From contig JBHGNT010000001.1 in NCBI GenBank assembly GCA_043228905.1, forward strand, positions 28,396,001-28,460,000: DNA of 64,000 nt. The letters run 5' to 3'. Source of the DNA: Azolla caroliniana. Taxonomy: Eukaryota; Plantae; Polypodiophyta. This document shows, piece by piece, positions 13,136-25,998 of this stretch (position 1 is its first letter; every line of letters starts with the position of its first letter). Both the position numbers and the translations under genes were made by a program. Below the pieces are notes generated by a model, which was given only the letters and a program-made list of their open reading frames with translations, was not told the origin of the DNA and did not search any database.

Positions 13136-14463
13136 CCATCGGAGCTGCCCTTGAGGCCATCATATTGGCTCTTTAGAGTGGCTACAATTTCACTCCATAT
13201 CTCTTGCAGTAACATTGTTGGATGCACGGTTTGGTTGGAGAAGACCCGTCTACACCGTTGTTTCCATAGAATCCAAAGAGTTATTGGGCTGACCAATTCC
13301 AACACAACTTGAGATTTGTCATTAAGAGGAGTTGAGTGGACATTGCCGATGGTGGAGAAAAAAACCTCTTGTGCTTTGATCACCAAAGTCATCCCCTCCT
13401 CCTGATGCTCGTATTTGCCAACTGGGGTTTGCCATGATAGCCAACATATATTTCCCCACTTGATTGAGCCTTGCACCTGGCATAATTGCAACAAGCGGCC
13501 AACCCCCCGCCATATTCGATGGGACGCTAGGCAGTCCCACAGAGCGTGTTGTATTGATTCTATTGCATTTGGACACTCTACACAATTAGGAGAGCTAAGG
13601 TTTCCACGTTGCCATGCTCCCACCGGTAGTGACTTATGTATTAATAGCCATTGGAATGTGGCAATTCGCCTCACGTGTTGTTGTTTCTAGATTTTCTGCC
13701 AAAACTGAGTGATAATTGTGTGAGGAACTTGATATGTGTGCCAGACCTTTGCAGTAGCCGGCTCTCGGGCAGTTTGAGCAGCTAGGAGGTGGCGACCCAC
13801 CATCGGAGCTGCCCTTGAGGCCATCATATTGGCTCTTTAGAGTGGCTACAATTTCACTCCATATCTCTTGCAGTAACATTGTTGGATGCACGGTTTGGTT
13901 GGAGAAGACCCGTCTACACCGTTGTTTCCATAGAATCCAAAGAGTTATTGGGCTGACCAATTCCAACACAACTTGAGATTTGTCATTAAGAGGAGTTGAG
14001 TGGACATTGCCGATGGTGGAGAAAAAAACCTCTTGTGCTTTGATCACCAAAGTCATCCCCTCCTCCTGATGCTCGTATTTGCCAACTGGGGTCTGCCATG
14101 ATAGCCAACATATATTTCCCCACTTGATTGAGCCTTGCACCTGGCATAATTGCAACAAGCGGCCAACCCCCCGCCATATTTGATTGGACGCTAGGCAGTC
14201 CCACAGAGCGTGTTGTATTGATTCTATTGCATTTGGACACTCTACACAATTAGGAGAGCTAAGGTTTCCACGTTGCCATGCTCCCACCGGTAGTGACTTA
14301 TGTATTAATAGCCATTGGAATGTGGCAATTCGCCTCACGTGTTGTTGTTTCTAGATTTTCTGCCAAAACTGAGTGATAATTGTGTGAGGAACTTGATATG
14401 TGTGCCAGACCTTTGCAGTAGCCGGCTCTCGGGCAGTTTGAGCAGCTAGGAGGTGGCGACCCA
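13136..14463. repeat. 664-bp tandem duplication inside LINE A (13136-13799, 13800-14463)
   Basis: The two copies read essentially identically; three substitutions seen by eye. This explains the duplicated ORFs 13021-13674 and 13634-14338. Confidence 0.95.
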
Positions 14464-16374
14464 ATCTAGTTGTGAATTGGAAGAAAGGGATGGGTTTTCT
14501 TCCTTGCTATGCGTAAGGATCACGCCATGTCCATTGCAAAGGGTCCCAACTGACCTTACGTAGCCATGTGTTTTCATAAGTACATATGTGCCAATCGGGT
14601 TGTACTTTGATCGGATCAGGATCTACAATCCATTTATGACTAGTATACGCGAGTACTCGAATTGCGTTATTCCATGTTGGTGGCTCAGTGTCTCGCAATT
14701 CAGAGCCTTCGATCATGTCTGGTGATCCCCTACCTCTCGGGATCAAAGATCCCTCCTCCTCGTAGCCTATCCATTTCTCCATTGTCATCCTATGAGTAGC
14801 GGCTTCCCTAATCAGTAGAGCGTTATTGATTTCCGATCTCATAGTCCATCCGCTCCTAATTCCATGGAGTATGTTGGCTTGATCTTGTGGTGGCAGTGAC
14901 ATAAACCGTCTCCAACATTCTATGCTTTTTCCCGGACCTTCTGCGATGTATCCCCATGACAACCCCTTACTTGATTTAAGTAGTTGATTAGATTCATCCT
15001 TGAAACATGGGTTCCATAGGATACATTGAATGAGCCAGGCAGGTTCGGAACTCGGTTGATCGCACTTGAGCCCTTGTTTAATGTCACACCATGCCTTCCA
15101 CATGGATGCACTGAATCTATCCTCCAATTGGTGGGAGAAACTAGGTTTGAGATCCATGTTTAGAATCCATCCCATTTGGGGGGGCCAATTAACCCCTTTT
15201 CGTGGCCTAAAGTAAGCGAAACATAACTGCAGTAGCATTTTCCAACAGTCATTTCCTGGTTGGAGTCCTCGCACCACAAATTTGGCAAGTAAGGCTTTTG
15301 ATTGTGAGAGGGGATCAACCAGACCCAATCCCCCTCTCGACTTAGGTGCTGTGAGTATAGGCCATGCCACCTTGGCGCGAGTTACATGATCTTCCTTACC
15401 AGACCAAATGTTGTTGCGTACTAGTCGTTGAATTTGATGTATACTGTCCTTGGAGATTTTCCAACATGATAGACTGTACCATGCTGTTACGAGTAGTACC
15501 TAGTTTGCCACTATGATGCGACCCACTAACGATAGTTTTTTCGAACTCCAATGTATCAACTTTTGTCGAATGGAATGGATAACGGATGCAATCATAGTCT
15601 CCGGCGGTATGTTGAAACCAATTTGGAAACCCAAATATTTGGTGCTCGCTCCTTGATTGATCCATTTGAAAGCGGGATGTGGGTGCCAAGCAGGATGTGT
15701 TTCATGAGAAAGCCATATTGCACAAGATTTGTGCCAATTGATCATGGCATTGGATCTCTTGTAAAATACGGCTAACCCACTTTCAAGCTTTTGTAGGTTT
15801 TCCAAGTGCCTTTGTAGGTAGACTGCTATGTCATCTGCAAATTCTATATCCAGGATGCTTTGATGAGAATGAGGCACGAGAAGACCACGTAAGTTGAGAT
15901 GCCGCGAGTTGAGAAAGCAAGAGAGTTCTTCGACGTATAATAGAAATAAGGATGGAGCTAGTGGGCATCCATGTCGTACAGATCGGGATATTCGGAAAAA
16001 GGGGGCCCTTTCACCTGCCAGTGAAACGCAACTATTGTTGTTCCTATAAAGTCCTGCAATGCCTTTAATCCATGTCTCTTGAAAACCGAGTTTCCCCATC
16101 ACACTTTCAAGAAAGTTCCAGCAAACCCTGTCATATGCTTTTTCAAAATCTAGTAGCACCACCACTACCTTGTTGTTGGTACGCTTGGCAAGGGCTATTG
16201 CTTCCCAGAATGAGGAGAGGTTGTCTAGGATGCTCCGATTTCTAACGAAACCTGTCTGGGATGGATGAATGAGTTGAGGGAGAAGAGGTGTTAACTGGCG
16301 TGCCACGATTTTTGCGAGCAACTTAAAGATAGTATTGAGAAGAGTTATGGGCCGCCACTTGCTAATGTCGTTGG

Positions 16375-16785
16375 TGTTACGGGCATGACCATATAATATC
16401 CCGTGGTGAGAATTTACCGTAGTATTCTATACACGTGGGTAAGTGTGAGGGTTAAACGAGAGTGTAAAGAAGGGGAGGATTACTTTTAATCCTCGGGATT
16501 GAGACAACCCATTAGGCCAAGTGTGAACTTGCATGGGGGCCTTGGGTATCGCTATAAGTAAGAGGCCTAGCTACCCTCATTTGAGGATCGGATTGACTAC
16601 ATCGAGACTCTGTCTTGTGGTGGGTCAACTCTTGTAGTGAGCACGCCAGCACCAGGTACGATTTGATGCCACGACGATGGTATGGGACGCCGATCGAGGC
16701 TCAAGTCCATCTCGATCCCTTCGCTCGGGGGTGGTCGGGTGGATCTATCCTTATCTAATGCTTACTTTAGTACATGTCTCTAACA
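16375..16785 (+). mobile_element. Solo LTR inserted in the LINE A RT region
   Basis: Termini TGTTA...TAACA with 5-bp TSD GTTGG (16370-16374 and 16786-16790). Excision restores LIPKSGGSANDISKWRPITLLN on the minus strand. TATA-like CTATAAGTA inside. Confidence 0.92.
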
Positions 16786-19700
16786 GTTGGCACTACCACC
16801 ACTTTTAGGAATGAGATGTATCATCCCTTGTCCAAATTTCTCCGGCATGTTTCCAGACGTGATGATCTCCTCATATGCTTGGAGGAGGTCTTCTTTCACA
16901 GTCCCAAAGGCATGTGAAAAAGTGAGGGATGAGGTCGTCGATTCCAGGGCGACTATCTACATCCAAATCAGAGAGGGCCTCCCATATCTCAATGGTTGAT
17001 AGGGGACGCAGGAGCCATGTATTCATTTCCGTCATGACATTCTTGGGTATGCTTTGGAGGATAATATCTTCTCTTATGTCTTCCCCTATGGCCATAATAT
17101 CTTCGGTAAGTAGGTGCTTATAGTAACCTATGGCAATATTCCTCATTTCGTCGCCATCCTAAGTGGTCGTTCCATCCGCTCAGTTGAGGCTGCGCATCAT
17201 TGTTCTAGCGTGCCTCAGAAGAATTCCTTTGTGGTTTTGTCCCCTACTCTAATCCATTGCGCCATGCTTCCATGAAACTCCATGTCGTATATTTCCTTTT
17301 CCGCCATGCTGAGTTCATGTTTGGCCATGGCAACTTGTCCTGCAATCCAACTACATGACGGGTATCTCTGTTGGAGTCGTTGTAAGGCTATTAGTCCCCG
17401 TTTTGTCCTCTGTCACTTTTCCTGAGCATCCTTGCTTCTGGTCTTGACAAACTCATGTAGGAGAGTTGAAGCTCTTGTTAATTTAGCTAGAAGTTTGTCA
17501 GATGTTGATGAGACATTGACGAGTAATGACCATTGGTTGGAGAGTTGTTCCTTCACCTCTATAACTGTGTAGATAGTGTGCGGGATGCGAGGCTGGAATG
17601 GGCCCCATTTTCGGTGCAATTGAAAATGACCGACTATCGGGTAATGGTCAGAGAAAGTCGTGCCTGGAGTTATGTGACACCACCCTCCCTTCGCTTCTAG
17701 AGCCTCACCCACATAAATGAGGTCAATGCGGGAAAGGGTGGGTCCACTATTCCACCCTTCTGATCGGGAGAATAAGAGAGAGTCCCTTTTTCGTTGGATG
17801 TTGTCAGAATGCCAAATGTCTTGTAGGTTAAGGTGTACACATAGCTTCCCCCATTGTTTACGTTCCCTTCCTTGTAGAACTATGGGGTTGTTGTTGGAGC
17901 TATCGTGAATGGATTCAATCATATTAAAATCCCCTCCAATGCACCACTCTTCCACACCCGCTACTTGTAGGCGGATGCGTTCCCATAATATTGCCCTTTC
18001 TGTTCTGTTATTTGGAGCATAAACATTCATGAAATTCCAACATTGCCCTTGGATGGCCAACTTGCAAAAATGTGCCCTACCAAGTATAAGTGATTCCTAG
18101 TGTATGAAGCCTTGGTCTAGATGTTCCCGAATTAGAGTGCAAATACCACCATGATTTCCATCCTCCCCTATTGCTGGCTCCCAAATTGTTCACCATGATC
18201 GTGGTAAAAGATCTCCGACTTCCTTTAAACGAGTACTATCAAGGTGGTGTTCTTGCAACATGATGATGTCAACAACACCCCTTAATATATATTCCTCAAG
18301 ATCTCTTCTCAGTTTCCATCTGTCAACAACGACTCCTGAGCCCTTTCACATTCAATGTTACAATCTTCATAATCATGGAATGGAGTGGGAGATTTGTGCT
18401 TGATGCTTTGCACAACATGTTGTGAGTGGAGAGCACTCACCATTTAGACAACCAGTCATTTCCATTGATGGAATGATGGTCCACATCCATGAGTGGAGTT
18501 TGTGGGCTATCCTGTGAGCTTCAATCGCCCCTTCATGCTTCACATAGAAGTAGAAAAAGCTTGGAGTTTGTTGGGTGTCTATGATAGTCCGCAGGTGGAT
18601 GTGGCAGAGATGAGGTTCCTCTTCATCCATGGTGCACCAGAATTCAGTGATATGCCAATGCTGCTTTAGTTCGTTCATGAGGTCTTCATCACTTATTTTT
18701 GCTACAAAGCATGCTGCTTGGCTACATAACGTATCTTTAATCTTGGATTTCGACCAATCTTCCTGTGTTGGAAGCAAGAGTGGAAAGGAGATTGAGGTTG
18801 TTGGAACTCCGTTATTGTGTACTGCTAATACATGTACCCTTATTTTTTTCACTGTCTTGTGCCCAATACCTAGCCATTTCAAGGCGTTTTGCGGGTGTGG
18901 TTCAAGGTCTTGGCTAGAGGAATCACACTCATTTGTGTCCAGGAAGACTATGATATGAGGTGTGACATTCAAACTTCTGCCTTGGTTTGTTGCTTCTGCA
19001 TTGGGTGCCTTTCCACTCAAGCTCCGATTAAGGTCTTAAACATGACTTATCCTTCTTCGCTTCCCTATTTTGTAAGCTTTAACGAGAACTTTCTCTTGTG
19101 TGTTTGGTATCACCTTAGGCTGTTCCTTGGGGCTTAAGAAAGAACTAGGGGAATGCTCGTCCGTGGGGAGGATCTCTTGTAGTAGATCAAATCGATTGGG
19201 GCTCATTGGCGATGGAGGATTTTGTGCCTATGGAGTTTTTCGAAGGACATGGGTTTTTCCCACCACCCACCATTCCATCACAACCTTATCGAGCCGTGGT
19301 GGGGGAGGCTTTTGATGTGCTTGTGGTGTCCCGACCTTCCAGAGTCTCCTTCATAGGATCTTTAATACGTCTTGTCGGGCAGTGCTTTTTAAATGACCAA
19401 GTTTTTTGCATGCAAAACATTGCCCTGGTGCGCCAATCACTTCTATGCGTTGTTCAATCCGCATTCCCTTTTTCTTGGGAATGAGGATCTTGGAGGGAAG
19501 TTTGTTGATGTCCTGCACCAATAGGTGGATAGAGGGAGGACCTAGGTGCTTCTTTAGCCTGTCCGCTAGCGTTAGTTCCTTGTCCAACATCATACCAAAG
19601 GAGTTGCCAATAGTAGGAAGTAACATGTTGTATTCTAAGGATAATCCAGGAAACAACATTGTTACCTTTTTCATGGAATCCTCATGTTGTGCTGCCTTCT

Positions 19701-21354
19701 CTGGGTTAAAACCATGTGTCCATTTACGCATGAATAACCAAGCAAACTTGCACTAAGTTTTACTTTAAGAAGTATTGGAATTTGGGAAATGTCACTTGTG
19801 ATTCAAGATATAGAAATTCTAGTAGTTAAAATGAAAATTCATGATCCTACATGTTTTTTTATAGGTCTTGTCAATTAGATAATGATTAATGTATTTGTTT
19901 GGCCTTGGCTAAAACACAAGATCCAAAATTCATGGTTTAGACATTGATCGAAAAATATGTCTCTAAAAGCATACGAAATATGAAAAGGAAATTATGGGGA
20001 TCATAAAGACAATATTGAACAAAAAAGTTCTTCAACCCCTTCATCACACTTGAATCCTCGAACTTGTTGTTCAAACTTTTTATGAAATTATTTACTAGTA
20101 TTTCATCTTTAGTCACATTTGCTTCAATGTTGCCATATGTTCTCACTTGATACATGCTCAATGTACTCATATGCGATTTCCCTTCCTAGATTTTGTGGTA
20201 TACCTATCTAAACCAAAATATCCTAGATGTAATATTATGTCTCTCTTTACTATTATAGTGCATGAAAGGAAGTTCATCAACAAGTTAAAAAGTTACATGT
20301 TGTTTCTAAGATATTACACAATTGTAAAATCTATGGACTTGCTTATACATAATGATATTGTTTGTTAGGGATGGTCAGTGAAATGGCTTTAAGTAGAGCA
20401 ATTTCAAGATCATTAAAGGTAGGGAAATAAACTACTATGATGCACTTTAGTTCCACACTACGACAAACAAGATAGAAGGGTTGGGTCCTAAGAAAAGTAG
20501 ATGTGTATGTACAAACAAGAAACCAGTTTAATGAGTCCTAAGGGCTCATAACATAACAAAGCTAACGTCTTCATGAACACCAACAACTCTCCTTTACATA
20601 TGCAAACTTGAAAGCTTAAGATTTAAGTTGTAGACATCCACATATACAAATATGCACCATTTTGTTTCCAATGGACATTTTCGGAATACAATGCATAGTA
20701 CGAAAGATGTACTTAGATTTTTCTTATAAATTCGACATGGAATTACGATCAAAAGGAAAAAAAAGTTTCAAGTTTATACATTAGAAACAATTCAATAATT
20801 GTGACTTTAGCTTATTAGAAAGTTTGCCCGTAAGTTGGATAACCTTGCTAAGGAAGTTGAAAGCAATCTAATTGTTTGTAACTTACACAATTACAAAAAG
20901 CAAAGTAGGGACACAAAAGTTTGTGGAGTTAATCTAGCCTCCAATTTCAAGATATAAAGTATTGCATTGAAGCTTTTTCCCACAAACCATGATTACAATT
21001 GCAAAAAAGTGAACTCGATAGCGAAATGGTTCGTAAATTGATAGCAGTTTTCCACATTTATTCGTGTCACAAAGAGATTTGAAAATGATCCGAAAAGAAT
21101 GTAGTTGTTTGTCGACTTTTCACATGTGTACAAAAAACATGAACCTAAATGCACAAAAAAGTTGGAAGTCCAAATTTGATATTGAAGGCTTTATACAATT
21201 GACCTCAGTATGCACTAACATTAAATTATGCTTTGAGAGTTTCATAGATCAAAGGCTTTCTCAACTCGAGGTATACATTGTTAGAAGATCATTCAAGGTT
21301 GTAAGAAATAAAGCTCATCCGAAGGATAGGATGTCCTAATTTGTTGTAACTTGT

Positions 21355-21570
21355 ATAATTACCTTAGTTGCTTGTGGTATATGGTTAACCAAAATTTGCC
21401 AAGGAATTGACTCCAACCACTAGATGGTTGATAAACTTATGTGTTCACCTATTTGCAAGAAATAATTACCTTAGCTGCTTGTAGTATATAGTTAACCAAA
21501 ATTTGCCAAGGAATTGACTCCAACTACTAGATGGTTGATAAACTTATATGTGTTCACCTGTTTGCAAGAA
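21355..21570. repeat. Two-copy tandem repeat, unit about 107 bp
   Basis: ATAATTACCTTAG...GTTAACCAAAATTTGCCAAGGAATTGACTCCAAC...TTTGCAAGAA occurs twice back to back. Confidence 0.85.
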
Positions 21571-21645
21571 GCAACTTCCTACCTAGTGTTACACTCGCAT
21601 GAAAAGAGGAATTAGGTTGGAAGTTATATGATTCTTCAAATATAC

Positions 21646-21713
21646 TAGATCAATAGACATGCAATAAGTTTTAGAAAGATAACTCATAAACTTATTGCAT
21701 GTCCATTGATCTA
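21646..21713. repeat. Inverted repeat (26-bp arms, 16-nt loop)
   Basis: TAGATCAATAGACATGCAATAAGTTT pairs with AAACTTATTGCATGTCCATTGATCTA with one mismatch. Confidence 0.85.
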
Positions 21714-22669
21714 AACTTCAAGAGAAACATTATATTTATGTCTAGAATAATGAGAAAACAATTGTTCAATAATAGCAAGTAATGATAATCCTTAAAAAAT
21801 AACCACTTCAAATTTCTCATTCAATGATGTTGGAGGCTACCTTTTATATGATTTGTATGTGGAATGTGGTTATAGATGACCTAAAAGACTTACTCTATAA
21901 TACAGAGTGAGAGAGGTAATATAGCTAAAAATGACCTCATCAATCAAGTCATCTTGACAACCCCAATCAACTTCGGGCACACAAATGAATGTCTAGACAT
22001 TGTGAAAAAAAAAACTTTTCAACGAATCTGGCATATCTACAAAACCATGCTAAAACATAGAAATGTAGTGACTAGAAATTAGATGTTCTATGCCGTGATA
22101 AATTTGTAATGCTATGGTCAAGTCTATCTCTAAAAATGGTTAATTAGTGCATTATATATTTTTTTGGGCCATGTGCAGATTAAAGTAGGCATTACATGCC
22201 AAAGCCCAAGGCAGAAGCATTGGCTTTATATATTTTTGACATAGACTTCTTATAGATTGATGACAGTTATATTATCAAACATATAAATGAAATGGTTATT
22301 GTATTGTAATGATAGAGATTGCATGATATTAAGGTTGTTGCATAATATTAGGGCCAAATATTTCCTTTTATTATTAAAATGGTTCATAATTTTAGTTCCA
22401 AAGTCATGTACACTTTGATCCTAAAAAATGGTTTCATAACATTGATAATGACAAATTTTTGTTAGACAAGGATGAAAATGATAAAATTCCTCTTTAAACG
22501 CCATACGAAAAATATACAATAAACAAACAATAAAATATCTAACAAGTGCTATTAAAAAAGCCAACAATAAAATATCTAACAAGTGCTACATGATGTTATC
22601 CTTGACATACCATTGGAATCCAACCATGTTGACTTGTGATACCTAGGCATGTTCACTTAGATTTGAAGC

Positions 22670-22890
22670 TGTAAACCTTAAATGTTATTATCGAATGCTT
22701 AGCAAAATGTCCTAAAAACTACAAGGAAACATGATAGAGCAAATCAAACTCTATGTCCAACAATGTATAGTTATCATTGTCAAGGGCTTGTTATTATTGA
22801 ATGCTTGGCAATATGTCATGAAAAGGAAACATGATTAAGAGAGAATCAAAGTCTATGTCCAACAATGTATAATAATCATTGTCAAGGGCC
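22670..22890. repeat. Two-copy degenerate tandem repeat, unit about 110 bp
   Basis: TGTTATTAT.GAATGCTT...AAGGAAACATGAT...CTATGTCCAACAATGTATA..ATCATTGTCAAGGGC occurs twice. Confidence 0.75.
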
Positions 22891-23815
22891 AAAGTAGTGG
22901 AAGGTAATACTAGATTGAGAAAGAGAAATAAAGAAAAGGGATTTTATTATAGACAAGAAGAACAACAATTGCAAGATTATGCCAATATTAACATTAAGCA
23001 AGAATGGTTTGATAACATTTGACATCTTCCCTATATATAGTACTCCTAGTCATGTTCACCACCTAGGTGTGAGGCATGCTTGCTTCTTGACTATAGTGCA
23101 TGCTTTACGCTTGGTGACCTACACAGATATCATATAATGTGTTATGACATCTATAATATCGAAAGTGCCCCAAAACCTAGGGCATTTTGTATGTTCATGA
23201 TACCTACCATATGCCTCCTTTGATGAACAGTTCCACAAGTAACGATACGTTAACTAGGCTTCACAATAGACTAACTAGGCTTTAATTTATCTCGATACCA
23301 ATGATGAAATTTATTTAGAAACAAAAGGACTTCTAATAATAGAAAGTAGGTCTTCCCAAATGAGATGCCAATTCATAAGCTCGAGATAGAGCATCATCTT
23401 TTCCTATTTGCATCCTTCAATGATGCATGATTAATAAACTGAAACATGTAAAAAATAATGCCTAATGAGCTTGTCTCATTCAAGAGTCAAGCAAGAGTAC
23501 TTGCTTCTAATAATCAAAAGTAGGCCTTCCAAATGAGATGCCAATTCATAAGCTCGAGACCATGTATATTCTTTTCCTTGTTATGTCCTTAAGTAATACA
23601 TGATTAAGAATTTGAAACATGTTAAAAATCACGTCTAATAAGCTTGTCTTGATACATGACTCAAGCATTCTAAAAGTATGTGAGGTTATATGATTGTGGA
23701 CAATGATGTAGTGGAGAGAACCCTCCAAGAGATGATGCCACTAGTCAAAAGAATCCACAATGGCTCGAATCTCTTTGTCATGAATCTTGTAATTGATTTT
23801 TGAAACTTCAAACTT

Positions 23816-25850
23816 TCACAAATGAAATACAATTGAACGCAATTGACCATTGTATTTGAGTTGTGGCATGAAACTCCCAAGTGCATTATCAAATACATCA
23901 ATTTTAATAATGAATGGCTTGGTTGGTTCAATGTGAACTAAAATGTGGGTAGATGTGGATGCTACCGTTATGCTTTCAAATGATATGGACATTTCCATCA
24001 CCACAACTTTGGCTTTCAATCTCATAAATAAGCTAATTTTTTCAACATGTGACAAATGTTATTATTTTGGATTTCCTCAATTCATATACATGATATCTTG
24101 ATATAGTAAAAAACTCAAGAGGAACATGATATCCACATTTGTTAAGTTCTACAATGATGGTGAGAATACATGCTCTATGGCAAACTAGAGAATTAATGTT
24201 TCGATCACAATCAAGTTTTCCTAGAGGTTGTCTGTATGGATCTAACATAGGCTCAAATGGTTCAAGATTCTCAGAAACCACATTAATCGATGTTTCCTTA
24301 GAATTTGAAATTTCTATCACAAGTTTATCAAGAATTATATCAAATTCATGTTTCCTTTCACACAATTTACCCAACACCACCAACCATTTGCATGGACTTT
24401 AGGTTCAATTGGGGCATTTGAAAGCATAAAGTGAGCATTTACATTTCCCCCCATTTTGATTAATTTGAACCCAACCAAGCTCTTTATCCTCAAAACTAAT
24501 GCAAATGCTTTTGCACATGGGGATGCCTAGTCATATATCAAAGTCGATGGATTGTTGCAACCAATCATATTTCATTTACCAAAGTTTGAAGTTGTAGAAA
24601 CCAATTAAGAGATTCATAACAAAGTTTGAAGTTGTAGAATTGGCAACTTCTCAGCTCAAGCTTGAATTGAACCATTAAACCGTTTTTGAATGGTTGGTGG
24701 TTCAGTTTAGGCTTGACTTCCTTATCTGGTTTGAGCTCGATTTGGGATGGTTCAAGCCGAACTGAACCTATTTGGACCAAATTGTTCGAAAAATTTTAAG
24801 GCTTAATTGACTTGGCTAAACTGGTTCTTAAACCGAAGAAATTGGTTATCCTTAATTGGTTTAAGAACCAGTTTGGCTTGAATTTGGAATCCTCTCAAAC
24901 CGGTTAAGCCTTAACCAGTTTGGTTTGGGCAAGGCCAAATTGGTTAAGCTGAAACCGAACCATCGCTAATTCCTAATGGTTGCACATTTTAGATTCCAGA
25001 AGACATTATGGTTCATTAGTGGAAAGTACTAATGGCCTTATGGTTGTTACAACCATTACCAATTTTTATGTCCCATGGAAATCTATTATGTTGGATTTTA
25101 TTACAAAGCTCTTGTCTTCAAAGGGTTTTGATGCCACCCTCACTTTGGTGGTTGGTTCAATGAAATGGTATGTTTTCTTCATTCATCGAGACCTAATGAA
25201 GAGAAACGTATTAAAAAATCATGGTTTCTAGATGACATTATTAGTTATCGTGGGTTATGATTCATCTCAAAATGTGATGCAGTTGCTTTGTTCAAGCTAT
25301 CATTTGTAGATCAACGAATAGATTGATCTTATAAATAAGATGGTTTAGTTGGGTTAGTAATAATTTACTCCATTCTTCCATTGGATATACTCTCTTCTTG
25401 GTAAACAAAGGTTTTCATCTTGATTGGAGAATGGTGACATTTAGAAGTATCTAATGTTTAAGATCATAAAATAAAACTCCTAGAGTTACAAATCCAACTC
25501 TCTCACGATTTATGCAATTCTCATATCACACACACTTAAATCAATACACAACTAGTGTTGCTCGATTTGGATTAGTCACAACTTTGCTAACCAATTTGAC
25601 ACTAGCATGGTTTGCACCCGTCGATATCATCTTTGAAAATCTTGAAATGAGGTAGATAATACAACTTGAAATTCCAAAGTAAAAACAAATGATATTTTTC
25701 ATACATTAATTTAAATGTTTGAGTGAATGGCATACAGAAATGATGGGAAACAATGGGGAATTTTGAACCCCACAATGTGTGGCAACATGTAATAGATATG
25801 GGTTGGCATTCTACACTTGCAAGTAGGAAGGAAAACATATAAGGCAAAAG
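23816..25850. mobile_element. Decayed Ty3/gypsy pol fragments (RNase H on both strands, integrase on +)
   Basis: Minus ILVHIEPTKPFIIKIDVFDNALG...GQLRSIVFH (about 23816-23960) and plus PILINLNPTKLFILKTNANAFAHG...DGLLQPIIFH (about 24450-24585) are gypsy RNase H-like. PWKSIMLDFITKLLSSKGFDATL (about 25070-25150) is integrase-like. Boundaries are approximate. Confidence 0.7.
24660..24965. mobile_element. Foldback/MITE-like element rich in AACCG/GGTT motifs, inserted in the gypsy remnant
   Basis: Internal perfect inverted repeat AAACTGGTTCTTAAACC / GGTTTAAGAACCAGTTT, with further imperfect symmetry. No TSD identified. Confidence 0.55.
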
Positions 25851-25998
25851 CTAACACTTACTACTACATGAGATACATAATCATCATACATATATATTCT
25901 AGCTTTGTATTGATTGGTGGTTAGAATCTCACAAGCATAAACTTTAATCCATAGTGTTACAAGTGTATATCCTATTTACATTTTCATTTTATGTAAGA

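Larger units (their letters stand above)
12956..19742 (-). mobile_element. L1-clade LINE (copy A), 5'-truncated in ORF1, with poly(A) tail and TSD
   Basis: T11 run at 12956-12966. Direct repeat CAAACTTGCACTAAG at 12941-12955 and 19743-19757. ORF1 zinc knuckle CFACKKLGH. ORF2 starts MKIVTLNVKG at 18370, with endonuclease (NVYAPN, GGDFN, SDHYP), RT (LDFEKAYDRV, GCPLAP, FADD) and zf-RVT-like C-terminus. Several frameshifts. Confidence 0.95.

Noticed and set aside
19937-21340. Possible hAT-like transposase relic
   Set aside because: Only vague resemblance (FIKSLNNKFED) with no catalytic motif, TIR or TSD found.
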